IMG/VR virus record: IMGVR_UViG_3300009502_000019
DNA: 23,990 nucleotides
Reading direction: 5' to 3' (one strand)
Source of the DNA: a virus
Lineage: Duplodnaviria > Heunggongvirae > Uroviricota > Caudoviricetes
Positions within the stretch are counted from its first letter, which is position 1, and every line of letters starts with the position of its first letter. The notes beneath the pieces were generated by a model that saw only the letters and a list, made by a program, of their open reading frames with translations, ran no database searches and was not told the DNA's origin. Both the position numbers and the translations under genes were made by a program. Of this stretch, positions 14,563 through 23,164 are shown piece after piece.

Positions 14563-14825
14563 ATCTCACCCTTCGTCTCGTAAGACTCTGTGTCAACGTT
14601 GTATGCCTCAAGCCAGAACTCATTACCATCTGAGAAAACCTTAAGCATTCCTGTATCTATAAGCTGCATCAGTGCAGTCTCGGTAGCCTCCTTAGGAAGC
14701 CTAAGATATTCGTAAAATCCGTATGTGTCACAAAACAGCTCGATAAGATTCATCATGATAGTTCTCTCAGGCTCCTTGAGCTCTCCAACGCGACATTTAG
14801 GAATTTCCAGCTTTCGGTAGCCCAT
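14559..14825 (-). CDS. Hypothetical protein
   Basis: 88-aa ORF with operon packing; no function recognised. Confidence 0.65.
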   Translation of the reverse strand: MGYRKLEIPKCRVGELKEPERTIMMNLIELFCDTYGFYEYLRLPKEATETALMQLIDTGMLKVFSDGNEFWLEAYNVDTESYETKGEI

Positions 14826-14829
14826 AACT

Positions 14830-15015
14830 CTAATCCAGCACCATTCCGGTTGGCCCTTCTTTTCTGCGATTCATAATGTCTTCTAACGGCTTCTGTGAAA
14901 GTTCTGCTACGCGGCTGAAGAACGGGCACATCTCAGCTGCCGTGTGCGAGTGGGTCTCTTGAGGGTACATATACCGCCTACAAATTGGGCACATTGGAAT
15001 GTCTCCTGTACTCAT
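14830..15015 (-). CDS. Small hypothetical protein with CPIC...H.H...C
   Basis: The ATG directly follows the upstream TAG. Possible Zn ligands. Confidence 0.55.
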   Translation of the reverse strand: MSTGDIPMCPICRRYMYPQETHSHTAAEMCPFFSRVAELSQKPLEDIMNRRKEGPTGMVLD

Positions 15016-15285
15016 CTATACCTCGCCAGAAGTGCCACCGGAAGACCTCTTTTGGCGACTTATAACTGGCGTGAACCACGCCTTATCAATCCATCCGCTG
15101 ATCTTACTTACCTTAATCCACTGACCTGAGGTGCCTTCAAACGAAACCTTTCGTGTCTCTAAAACTTTCATTACCTCACTCTTTAAACAGGCGTATTTCA
15201 TTGCCTCCCCGGGGATCTGCTCGTCAAACGGGCACCCCACAAGCACAACCAACTCACCTACCTTTAGCTGCCTAGTCTTTTTCAT
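15016..15285 (-). CDS. Hypothetical protein, possibly SH3-like (likely start MKKTR at 15285)
   Basis: LKVGELVVLV...QWIKV...GWIDKAWF. ATGA overlap with the nrdJ stop. Confidence 0.6.
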   Translation of the reverse strand: MKKTRQLKVGELVVLVGCPFDEQIPGEAMKYACLKSEVMKVLETRKVSFEGTSGQWIKVSKISGWIDKAWFTPVISRQKRSSGGTSGEV

Positions 15286-17201
15286 TTGATTGGGCAAACT
15301 CCCTTTGAGCATTCTTCCACGTTCAAGTCCTCAGTACCGATATTTGTCTTTGTTATATCCTTGAGCCCGGCAGTAAGCTCCTTATACCTGTCTTCCGTTA
15401 TCTCTTCGTAAGGCGCCTGATCAAACCCATGCTCGCTGTGCAATAAGAAACTGACGCTCTTAATGTTCTCTTTGTAATGCTCCTTAAGCCACTTCTTTAT
15501 TTCCGGGATCTCCTCTTTCTTGTAGTACACCGTGACACTTACAGCATTATCGGCCCACACGGTCTGCATCTGCTTTACGAGATCCAGCTGCTTGATGGCT
15601 GTCATGTCCTTTGCGAGCATAACGTCATTCCCGGCAAAGCATGGAAACTCAACTACCATAGTCGCGTGATCAACTGTCCCATCAAAGTTCGATACGTAGT
15701 CAACCTTGTATCCTCGCTTCTTGCACACATCGATCAACTTATCATCTGAGGACATGCGTACGCGCCTAATGTAATACCTGCTATAGGCCGGGTGAATACC
15801 GGGAGTAGCTCCTGCGAGAAGGCTCAAAGTGCCGCTAGGCTTAACTGTAGTGAGCTTAATGCTCTCGTTATACCCCTGCTTCTTACTCCACTCCTTGTCA
15901 AACACTCGAAGAGCCTTGTATGCTTCATTTAGCCACTCGAGCTTGTGAAATGACTGGCAGATGCCCGTGCACCCAACTCCAATACGCATGTTCTTATGGA
16001 CGATCTTATTTGTCTCCTCATGGATAAAGTTAAGGTTGCAGACCGCTTTCTGCGCCTTGTATAGAAGCTTTGCGCAGTCAATCAGTTCCTCTTTAGACTG
16101 GACATTATTTAGATACAACTCAGACAGGTTGCAGCACTCCTTGTCAGCCAGTGCAATCTCAGCACATGGGTTGACCCCCTGGCAGTTGTCCTTGCGATGC
16201 TCACCCACGCGCCCGATCCTCTGAGCGAGCTTCACATTAAAGAGCCCGTAGGGCTCCCCATTACCGTGGTACCCTTCCCACACGTCGTTTGTGATATGAG
16301 TGTAGTCATCAGCAAAGATGGTATTGTTGGAAAGAGCTCTCCAGTTAGGGATGTGCCCCAAGTCCCACCTCTTTGCACGGATAAAGAGGTAATCATCCGG
16401 GTCGCCCAATGCGATCTGAGCGGATCTACGAATGTTCCCGGATACAACGATGCTCCCAATGATGTTACACACATCGAGCACATCGATCGACCGGAGCTTT
16501 TTACCCTCCCTCGACTGAAGTGTCTTCGTTATGTTTGCTATCCCCTCAACAAGAATACCCGGTCCTGACGCAGTGCCTCCGAAGCCCTGAATCTTCTCTC
16601 CGTACCCGCGAACGATTATGGTTGAGTAGCTAAAGGAACGTCCCGTTACAAAGAAAGACTTGAGCAAGCGACGCAACAACGCTACCCATCCCTCGCGACT
16701 ATCCGGTACAATGAAGTCGGCGTCCTTTGTGTTTAAATGAGTAATCTTTACCCCTTCCTGAACCTTAGGAAGCTCATAAACATCTTCGCGGCTTACAGAA
16801 AACCCAACTCCTCCGCCAAGCATCAAATTCTCAAACAAAAAACAGAAGTCCTCTGGCTCGTTCATCTGCACAAACCAGCAATTCAAAAGGCCGTTGCCTC
16901 CGTACCTCTTTATACCGGAAGTCCCAAGTTGCCAAAGCATTCGGCCGGCCATATTACATCTAAGATTAAACATGTGATCAAATAGCCGTTCCGCCTCATC
17001 TTTTGTATAGCCAGCACCGATCTCCTGAGCCCCGTTGATACAACGTGCAACGGTCTCATACCACTCCTCGTTACTTCCGTCCGGATTAATACGACTATAT
17101 GTCCTTTTGTATACAACATATCCAAGACCATTAAACCCAAATGGCGGGGTCTTGTCTTTGTATTTGGCTAAGAACCCGTCAGTAATTATCTTGTCAGTCA
17201 T
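15282..17201 (-). CDS. nrdJ: Class II (adenosylcobalamin-dependent) ribonucleotide reductase, RTPR-type; no ATP cone, no intein
   Basis: VYKRTYSR, LLNCWF, GGGVGFS, PDSREGW, GNIRRSA, NPCAEI, CNLSE, TTVKPSGT and C-terminal ECSKGVCPIK. The AGAAGGA SD spacing fits the ATG at 17201 better than 17210. Confidence 0.95.
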   Translation of the reverse strand: MTDKIITDGFLAKYKDKTPPFGFNGLGYVVYKRTYSRINPDGSNEEWYETVARCINGAQEIGAGYTKDEAERLFDHMFNLRCNMAGRMLWQLGTSGIKRYGGNGLLNCWFVQMNEPEDFCFLFENLMLGGGVGFSVSREDVYELPKVQEGVKITHLNTKDADFIVPDSREGWVALLRRLLKSFFVTGRSFSYSTIIVRGYGEKIQGFGGTASGPGILVEGIANITKTLQSREGKKLRSIDVLDVCNIIGSIVVSGNIRRSAQIALGDPDDYLFIRAKRWDLGHIPNWRALSNNTIFADDYTHITNDVWEGYHGNGEPYGLFNVKLAQRIGRVGEHRKDNCQGVNPCAEIALADKECCNLSELYLNNVQSKEELIDCAKLLYKAQKAVCNLNFIHEETNKIVHKNMRIGVGCTGICQSFHKLEWLNEAYKALRVFDKEWSKKQGYNESIKLTTVKPSGTLSLLAGATPGIHPAYSRYYIRRVRMSSDDKLIDVCKKRGYKVDYVSNFDGTVDHATMVVEFPCFAGNDVMLAKDMTAIKQLDLVKQMQTVWADNAVSVTVYYKKEEIPEIKKWLKEHYKENIKSVSFLLHSEHGFDQAPYEEITEDRYKELTAGLKDITKTNIGTEDLNVEECSKGVCPIK

Positions 17202-17250
17202 CTGTCTCATTCCTTCTCCACGGTGTCCGTGGTCTATGACTTAGTTTTAC

Positions 17251-17346
17251 TTACGACATTATCAGGAGCAGTACCATAAATAGTGTAACTGCAATGCACA
17301 CTCTGATCACAAGCCTATCCAATTCTGCTCCATCCCCGCCTGACAT
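17251..17346 (-). CDS. Putative single-TM microprotein, 31 aa
   Basis: MSGGDGAELDRLVIRVCIAVTLFMVLLLIMS. Starts by TGATG overlap with the upstream microprotein. Confidence 0.5.
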   Translation of the reverse strand: MSGGDGAELDRLVIRVCIAVTLFMVLLLIMS

Positions 17347-17435
17347 CAGTTGTCCTTGATGCCGTATCCGAAAACTCTTATTATGCAAAATACCACTAAG
17401 AGGTAGAGCACAACACCTACAATCAGTTTTATCAT
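17346..17435 (-). CDS. Putative single-TM microprotein, 29 aa
   Basis: MIKLIVGVVLYLLVVFCIIRVFGYGIKDN. AGGA upstream; starts 12 nt after the phosphoesterase stop. Confidence 0.55.
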   Translation of the reverse strand: MIKLIVGVVLYLLVVFCIIRVFGYGIKDN

Positions 17436-17447
17436 GGGTACATCATC

Positions 17448-18083
17448 CTATAGATCTAACATCATTGCCCTGTACTTCGGCTCGTAGTCCTCGGTACATA
17501 CAGACGCATTAACAAACCTGGTGTCTCCTATCTTCTCCTCACCAAACCCCCTATGAATGTGCCCGAACACGTGGACACGCGGACTTACTTCTTGTATCTT
17601 ACTAAGCAATGCCTTACAACCAACGTGGTGGTCTCCATAGGTGTGCATTACGTAGTCGCGTATTTTGTAAGGAGGTCCGTGTGTTACCAAAACATCCAAC
17701 CCCTTCTGTATCCCCTCCCAGTACCTTCCTATCTTGTCCCTGTCCTCCATAAAGTGCCAGTACATGAACCTAGGTGTCATCGGAGACCCCCAAAACTTTA
17801 AACCATCCAACACACAGCCTGTGTTCTCCAAGTACACACACCCGGACTCTACTATAAGCCCCTCTACAGTGCCAAAGCCCTTCTCAAGTACCTCGTCATG
17901 ATTTCCGGCAATGAACACCTTGTGCTTATGTGGCTGCTTCTTAAACCACGCTAGGAAGTTTATAAAGCTCTTGAATGAGCCATCCATAGTGACATCCCCG
18001 GCATGAACCAGAATATCCCCGTCTGGAACCTCAACGTGAGTGTGCAACCCGTGCGTGTCAGATATTGTTACTATCCGTGTCAT
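17448..18083 (-). CDS. Calcineurin-like metallophosphoesterase (likely start MTRIVTISD at 18083)
   Basis: Complete motif set: SDTHG, HAGD, AGNHDE, THGPP, FGHIH. Confidence 0.92.
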   Translation of the reverse strand: MTRIVTISDTHGLHTHVEVPDGDILVHAGDVTMDGSFKSFINFLAWFKKQPHKHKVFIAGNHDEVLEKGFGTVEGLIVESGCVYLENTGCVLDGLKFWGSPMTPRFMYWHFMEDRDKIGRYWEGIQKGLDVLVTHGPPYKIRDYVMHTYGDHHVGCKALLSKIQEVSPRVHVFGHIHRGFGEEKIGDTRFVNASVCTEDYEPKYRAMMLDL

Positions 18084-18091
18084 GTCAGTAC

Positions 18092-18325
18092 CTATGCAAG
18101 GATTGCCGTTCCGATGGACACACCAATCAACCCAGAAACCCACCCACAAAACCCTGAAAACATTACCCTAGCGATACCAAAAGCAATCCACGTTGCGTTA
18201 ACTGGAGTTGCCTTAACTCCGTTAATTAACTGAACTATCCCACCAACTAGCATGACCCATACCCCAAGCCATACACCTAACGCAACACCAACCGCCACTA
18301 CGGACAACCCTATTAACGTTCGCAT
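18092..18325 (-). CDS. Small membrane protein with two hydrophobic segments (likely start MRTLIG at 18325)
   Basis: Two ~25-30 aa hydrophobic Gly-rich stretches. AGGGGG SD. Confidence 0.7.
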   Translation of the reverse strand: MRTLIGLSVVAVGVALGVWLGVWVMLVGGIVQLINGVKATPVNATWIAFGIARVMFSGFCGWVSGLIGVSIGTAILA

Positions 18326-18344
18326 ACTACCCCCTATTTTGTTT

Positions 18345-18902
18345 TTAGTTTCCGATCTCATTTTTTACCTTAGCTATAACCTTTGCCAATCTCCTGGAAA
18401 CAGCCCGTCGGCTAACACCGATAACCTCACCCATCTCAAAAAAAGACATACCTTTTTCAAATCGAAGCGACAGCAGCTCCCGCTCCTTAACAGATAGATA
18501 CGGAGCATTAAAAATAAAGTGTGCCTCGAGTGCGTCATCAGATGGCCTGGTCACAACGGGCGCGTTCTCCAGGAGCCCCACAGGCTCCTCCGTCTTTATC
18601 GTAATGTACTTAGCTTCTATTTCACGCTTAACATACGCGCAGATAACCTTCATAATTATAAATGCCGGGGCATCTGGCTTAAACTGTGCCATAGCGTTTC
18701 CAAACCCAAGTATAGCCGTGTGATATACGTCCTCCAGAGAAACGTTCAACCTGTTACGATACCTCCACGCCAGCTTGACCAAGTACTTGTCATATTTAAG
18801 CAAAAGCAAATCAAATAACTTCTCATCCCTAGTTTCCTGGTACTTGTGGATAACTCTCTTACAGTGCTCCGGTGTCCAGTTTGTAAAATCAGCTATAGGC
18901 AT
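18345..18902 (-). CDS. Phage sigma70-family RNA polymerase sigma factor (regions 2 and 4; likely start MPIADF)
   Basis: LLLKYDKYLVKLAWRY...EDVYHTAILGF...F (region 2-like). LSVKERELLSLRFEKGMSFFEMGEVIGVSRRAVSR (region 4 HTH). Confidence 0.8.
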   Translation of the reverse strand: MPIADFTNWTPEHCKRVIHKYQETRDEKLFDLLLLKYDKYLVKLAWRYRNRLNVSLEDVYHTAILGFGNAMAQFKPDAPAFIIMKVICAYVKREIEAKYITIKTEEPVGLLENAPVVTRPSDDALEAHFIFNAPYLSVKERELLSLRFEKGMSFFEMGEVIGVSRRAVSRRLAKVIAKVKNEIGN

Positions 18903-18915
18903 ACACGTATCTCGA

Positions 18916-20868
18916 CTATCCCCGATTATGCATCCGTTTAAATATGTCATTTATCTTGTCGACTGTGTCTCCCTGCTTTGTTCCGACGATCGTCTCGCCC
19001 TTCTTAGTTTCGGTAAGCCTTGATATATTCTCGGTTGTGTCCTGCGCCTTTGTGGACGTCCGGTCCATCATCTTCGATATAAGGTCAAAGTTCATAGGCT
19101 TCTTAGACTTTAAGGCGTTGTGCACTGCACCGGCTGTAGCATCGGCCAAGTCTTTTGAACCCTTTAGCACCTTCTCTTCTCCTGAAGCATCCCTGTCGAT
19201 AAACCTGTCTGGGTGGTCGATCTTGCCCTCTATCTTGTCATGTTCGAGGTTATCCAGCTCGGTAATTAGCAAAGGAAGGTGGTGACATACCCAACGACCT
19301 TCCTGAACAACGTCTCTAAACGAGAAGTATGGCTGAAGTGTTCTGTCCAAGCTAAGATCATCTGTCGTAATTCCCGCGGCAGTAAGCAGCTGCTGAGTAT
19401 CCTCAGACATGTTCTTCAAGTCCGCTGTGAACAGCTCAATAAAGTACCCTGCAGCTCTTATGTCCAGCACAAGCTTACGGATCTTGTGAAACGGTATCCT
19501 ATCCCCAGGCCTAGCTTTAATCCTGACTGAAAAGTCTGTCTCAACTATAGGAACCATGTCCTTCCTGTAGGTCCCGTCCTCGTTCTGAATGTCGACTGAC
19601 CGCCATTCCTTAACTCCGGCCATAGACAAGGCACAAGCGTCACCCTCTCCAGAGAACGCAATGTCATAGTGGAAGAAGCGGTGCTTGTCCTTAGGTAGGC
19701 GTATCCGGCTTAGGTCAAAATACTTAATGTACTCACTCGGATCGTTTAACCCGGTCTCAATCACCTCAACCTTTACTGGATTCTGCTTAGTGTTGTCGAG
19801 ACAAGTTAAAATGTCCTGCCTGGATGCGAACAGCTTCGATTTTCTAACACCGGCAACGGTAACACCTGCAATTTCACGCAAAGCTCTTATAAGATCGCTT
19901 GCAAAGTTCGACTTGAACTCTACAGGAACATCAATGATGCTATATCCTTTGGCCACGTAGGCCGCCTGCTGCCCGTCATTGAGGATCTGTGGTGGGTTAA
20001 ACGAGTCCCCAACAGCAACTGGAAACGTCTTTCCTGAATACTTCATTGCTGGCTGTGCCTTCCACAGAGGAACGTCATAGATAGCTACCTCAGGAAACTT
20101 CTTGCGCTCGGCAATGAACGCGTCCATAAATGACATCTCGTCCATCTTAGACGATACGACGAAGAGCTTACCCAAGCTGTTCCCTTCACTCGCAAAGCTT
20201 GTCTTAAACCGGATCTCAGCAGCGTTGTAGACGTTTAAGACTCGCCTTTTCTGGGTGAGGGACTCGTCCTCGGTGTCAACTTCGTCCAGAATACCGGACA
20301 CAACGTCTGACCCGACGATACCGTAGCCTTTGGAGTACGGAGACGCTAATAGAAACTCAACATTAGGGAATACGAGCGTATCCCCGTACTTAGTCTGAGA
20401 AGTATACGACGCCTTACTCCTAAACCAAGTCGACTTGATGAGTGAAGCCTGCAACTTTGAAAACCCCCTTGATCCACCAAGCGTCTTGTTGAGGTTGAAG
20501 AAAATAATAGCCATGCGGCTTGAAGAAGTGAGCCCAAAGTAGTCCCATGGGTTCTTCAAAATAAGAAGCCGGTACAAAACGTAAGCAAGACCATACAGAG
20601 CAATTGTGGACTTTCCAGTACGAACTGACCCGGTAAGAACAATAGTGGTCTTGCTCATATCGTCAAAGATCTCAGTAAGCGCGTCCTTCCACACCGGAAA
20701 AATAGCCTTCCCGTTGTTTGTGCTCTTACCCAAGAATCTGTTATCAGTTAGAAAAGTCCAAACATCTACTGGCGACTCGTTGTAGTCCTTCGCCATTGCA
20801 AAATCATAGTGTGTTTGAATCCCCTCTATTGTCCGAGCCAGCTGAGCCTTCCTGTCTGTACTCTGCAT
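18916..20868 (-). CDS. terL: Terminase large subunit
   Basis: DY.E.PVD..TFL.D..FLG N-terminus. Walker A LTGSVRTGKS, Walker B GILDE, RNase H-like nuclease HYDIAFSGEGDA and SKDLADA. Start is uncertain (20868 or 20796). Confidence 0.92.
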   Translation of the reverse strand: MQSTDRKAQLARTIEGIQTHYDFAMAKDYNESPVDVWTFLTDNRFLGKSTNNGKAIFPVWKDALTEIFDDMSKTTIVLTGSVRTGKSTIALYGLAYVLYRLLILKNPWDYFGLTSSSRMAIIFFNLNKTLGGSRGFSKLQASLIKSTWFRSKASYTSQTKYGDTLVFPNVEFLLASPYSKGYGIVGSDVVSGILDEVDTEDESLTQKRRVLNVYNAAEIRFKTSFASEGNSLGKLFVVSSKMDEMSFMDAFIAERKKFPEVAIYDVPLWKAQPAMKYSGKTFPVAVGDSFNPPQILNDGQQAAYVAKGYSIIDVPVEFKSNFASDLIRALREIAGVTVAGVRKSKLFASRQDILTCLDNTKQNPVKVEVIETGLNDPSEYIKYFDLSRIRLPKDKHRFFHYDIAFSGEGDACALSMAGVKEWRSVDIQNEDGTYRKDMVPIVETDFSVRIKARPGDRIPFHKIRKLVLDIRAAGYFIELFTADLKNMSEDTQQLLTAAGITTDDLSLDRTLQPYFSFRDVVQEGRWVCHHLPLLITELDNLEHDKIEGKIDHPDRFIDRDASGEEKVLKGSKDLADATAGAVHNALKSKKPMNFDLISKMMDRTSTKAQDTTENISRLTETKKGETIVGTKQGDTVDKINDIFKRMHNRG

Positions 20869-21535
20869 ATAGGCGTACCAAATCCTTCCGTAGCTTCTCT
20901 ATAAAGATAGCTCTATCCAACGGCCTTAAGTTCATATACCCATCAACTATGTTCTTTTCTTCTACACTGTCGCCAATACTAGCCTGCCTTTTGTCCTCCA
21001 ACTGCCCGGCAGGCTTTTGGGGAGGTGGCTCCTCACCCACCAATGTTGGCGGAGTAGCTCTGATTAACAAATCCATCTTAGCCATATTGCTAATAAGCTT
21101 ATCGTTCTGAGCAGAAATAGCTCCGATTATTTCGAGTTCCAATTGTGCCATCTCTATAAAGTCTCGCAGTATCGTCTTAACGTGTGTTCCACACTTTGGG
21201 CAGTAAAACGCCGGAACTGACTGGGAAGTGTCTTCTCGAACATCTGAAGAACAGACCTCACACGACGGACGCTGCCCACGCTTCCTGTAGATTTCACGCA
21301 TCTCCCACAAGTTCCGCATAACCTGCATGTGGCCTTCCTTAATGAGAGCCGATATGTTCTCTGCAACCACAAGGCTCTCATCTGGGTTCTTTTTAAAATA
21401 CTGCTTCATCTTCTTACGTATATCTGCAACATAATCCAGGTCGAGCCCAAGCGACTGCGCCGTTAGTAATTCGTCGAACCCATGAAGAGCAAGCGCCCTT
21501 CGTGTCTCTTCCTCAATCCTATCCTTCTCTTCCAT
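20804..21535 (-). CDS. Probable terminase small subunit (N-terminal HTH-like region, Zn ribbon, helical oligomerisation region)
   Basis: Immediately upstream of and overlapping terL. TAQSLGLDLDYVADIR HTH-like; CEVC...CPKCG. AGAGGA SD. Call is mostly positional. Confidence 0.55.
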   Translation of the reverse strand: MEEKDRIEEETRRALALHGFDELLTAQSLGLDLDYVADIRKKMKQYFKKNPDESLVVAENISALIKEGHMQVMRNLWEMREIYRKRGQRPSCEVCSSDVREDTSQSVPAFYCPKCGTHVKTILRDFIEMAQLELEIIGAISAQNDKLISNMAKMDLLIRATPPTLVGEEPPPQKPAGQLEDKRQASIGDSVEEKNIVDGYMNLRPLDRAIFIEKLRKDLVRLYAEYRQEGSAGSDNRGDSNTL

Positions 21536-21550
21536 ACATATCCTCTTAAG

Positions 21551-21802
21551 TTAAAACGGAAACTCCATTTGAGTCTCACTATCCTTGCCAGTACTTGAAG
21601 CACCCAACCTGTTCTTAATATCGCAAAACTTCTTAATGTCACTAATACTGACATTGGTCGCGTGTACTTCCTTCTGGTTTAGGATGGACATAACAGTCGT
21701 GAACTCGTAAATGTACCCGCCCTTCACCTTAACAACTTTAGGCGGGGTCTTCGTGAACACGGTAACCTTCTCGACAGACTTTAGCGAAGATTTGTCCTTC
21801 AT
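21551..21802 (-). CDS. Hypothetical protein
   Basis: 83-aa ORF whose ATG directly follows the upstream TGA. Confidence 0.6.
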   Translation of the reverse strand: MKDKSSLKSVEKVTVFTKTPPKVVKVKGGYIYEFTTVMSILNQKEVHATNVSISDIKKFCDIKNRLGASSTGKDSETQMEFPF

Positions 21803-22543
21803 TCAGTCCCCCTTTTGTTGGAATCCGTGGTGCCCTAACTTCCATCCTTTTTGCATATAGGTGTCTAACAAGTCAGCTATAACACGCTCTCGCTTAAGTG
21901 TCTCCGGGTTATACACCCACCTAGTGCCTTTAGTCGCCTTACTTATCCTACCTTTTGAGTCGGTGGACATATTTTTATGTCCTTGATGGAGCTTCTCAAG
22001 ATGCTCTGGTGATATAATCTTACCTTTTTGAGCACGACTCATGGCTTGACGTGCACTATCTGACCGCTTCCTTCCGGTATGTGCTGCACTCATCTTCTGC
22101 AACTGCTCTTGGGTATGCTTGCGTCCAAACCACGTAGGGCCGCCGTCTCCGCCAGGAGTTAGATTTGTTAAGATGCCTCTCTTTACTCCTTGCACTACCG
22201 CTATAGTACCTAATTCTTTTATAACAAACTTTTCTATCGAACGGGCTAAGCTTGGAAGCAACCCCTCCTTCAAAATAAGCACAATTGGGCTTAAGCCATC
22301 CGCCTGAATACTACGAATTTTATTTACTTTTAGCTTGTTTGCATCATTAGACGTAAGATGCCTAAATCTACGTCCTTTTACCCCACACCCAACATAAAAC
22401 GGCTCAAAGGCTGCTTTACTGTGGTACACCACTTTGTTGTATGGTTTTCGAGGATCACAGTAGCAATAGACATAACTCGTAGACGAGTCATTCAAAACGT
22501 CCGAGTGCCCTTCTGGCTTAATAGGACCTTTGTAGTCACTCAT
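21803..22543 (-). CDS. Free-standing GIY-YIG homing endonuclease with NUMOD3-like repeats
   Basis: YVYCYCDPR...PFYVGCG...R...E...LTNLTPGGDG, then GRKHTQEQLQKMS, GRKRSDSARQAMS and GKIISPEHLEKL. Confidence 0.88.
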   Translation of the reverse strand: MSDYKGPIKPEGHSDVLNDSSTSYVYCYCDPRKPYNKVVYHSKAAFEPFYVGCGVKGRRFRHLTSNDANKLKVNKIRSIQADGLSPIVLILKEGLLPSLARSIEKFVIKELGTIAVVQGVKRGILTNLTPGGDGGPTWFGRKHTQEQLQKMSAAHTGRKRSDSARQAMSRAQKGKIISPEHLEKLHQGHKNMSTDSKGRISKATKGTRWVYNPETLKRERVIADLLDTYMQKGWKLGHHGFQQKGD

Positions 22544-22549
22544 TTTTCT

Positions 22550-22879
22550 TCATACTTTGCCCCTTCGAACGATAGCAAACAGGACTTGCTTGTATATGTT
22601 TGTAGGATCGTCTTCTATAACACACACGATGTCGCCAACCCTTGGGCGTAGCTTCCTCTCAAGACTCTTTGCTACCTTCCTGTCAAGTGCCACAGCGTCT
22701 CTCAAACAAGTAATACTTTTTGGAACGATAGCCAGGTTTACCATAGGTGGGGTTGTGTCTATCGACTTAACCTCGTTAACAAAGATCTTAACTGGCTCCG
22801 AGAATGGTGCGGTCTCTATGTCAGAAGACTCGGACCGCAAATGCTTCACACGCGTTCCAAAAAAATTCGACCAATCCAT
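22550..22879 (-). CDS. Hypothetical protein
   Basis: 109-aa ORF with an AGGAGA SD upstream. Confidence 0.65.
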   Translation of the reverse strand: MDWSNFFGTRVKHLRSESSDIETAPFSEPVKIFVNEVKSIDTTPPMVNLAIVPKSITCLRDAVALDRKVAKSLERKLRPRVGDIVCVIEDDPTNIYKQVLFAIVRRGKV

Positions 22880-22893
22880 GTTAACTACTTCTC

Positions 22894-23163
22894 CTAATCG
22901 AAATAAGTGTCTGTATTAAAAAATAATTTATCAACAAAGCGCTTAACATCGTGCCTGTACATAAGTGACTCGCCTTTAGGGCCAACCGCTACGGTGTTCG
23001 CCCCAGCGATACTGTAAAACTTCTCCACAATACCGCTGGGGCAAACGTCAACATCCTTACCTGTCACCGAGTTATAAACGTAAGTCAAATACTCGATGAT
23101 CTCATCCCCTGTAAGACCTTCGGGGTGCTTTCCAAACTTGTCGAGGTCTGGAATATAAATCAC
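22894..23163 (-). CDS. Hypothetical protein
   Basis: GTG start 1 nt after the groEL TAG; 89 aa. Confidence 0.65.
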   Translation of the reverse strand: MIYIPDLDKFGKHPEGLTGDEIIEYLTYVYNSVTGKDVDVCPSGIVEKFYSIAGANTVAVGPKGESLMYRHDVKRFVDKLFFNTDTYFD

Positions 23164-23164
23164 T

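Noticed and set aside
12128-15015. Cluster of small CxxC proteins as a coordinated metal-related system
   Set aside because: They share no sequence similarity beyond CxxC, and small Zn-ribbon hypotheticals are ordinary in large phages.
18092-18325. Holin call for the 2-TM protein
   Set aside because: No endolysin or spanin is adjacent and no holin-specific feature is visible; hydrophobicity alone is insufficient.
602-22543. Group I introns around the two GIY-YIG genes
   Set aside because: Both genes abut or overlap their neighbours within a few nt and do not interrupt a host ORF, so they are free-standing.
26-22919. All plus-strand ORFs in the track (e.g. 770..1351, 5446..5853, 5901..6341, 9896..10345, 20718..21110)
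   Set aside because: They lie antisense to well-supported minus-strand genes and have no recognisable motifs, so they are shadow ORFs.
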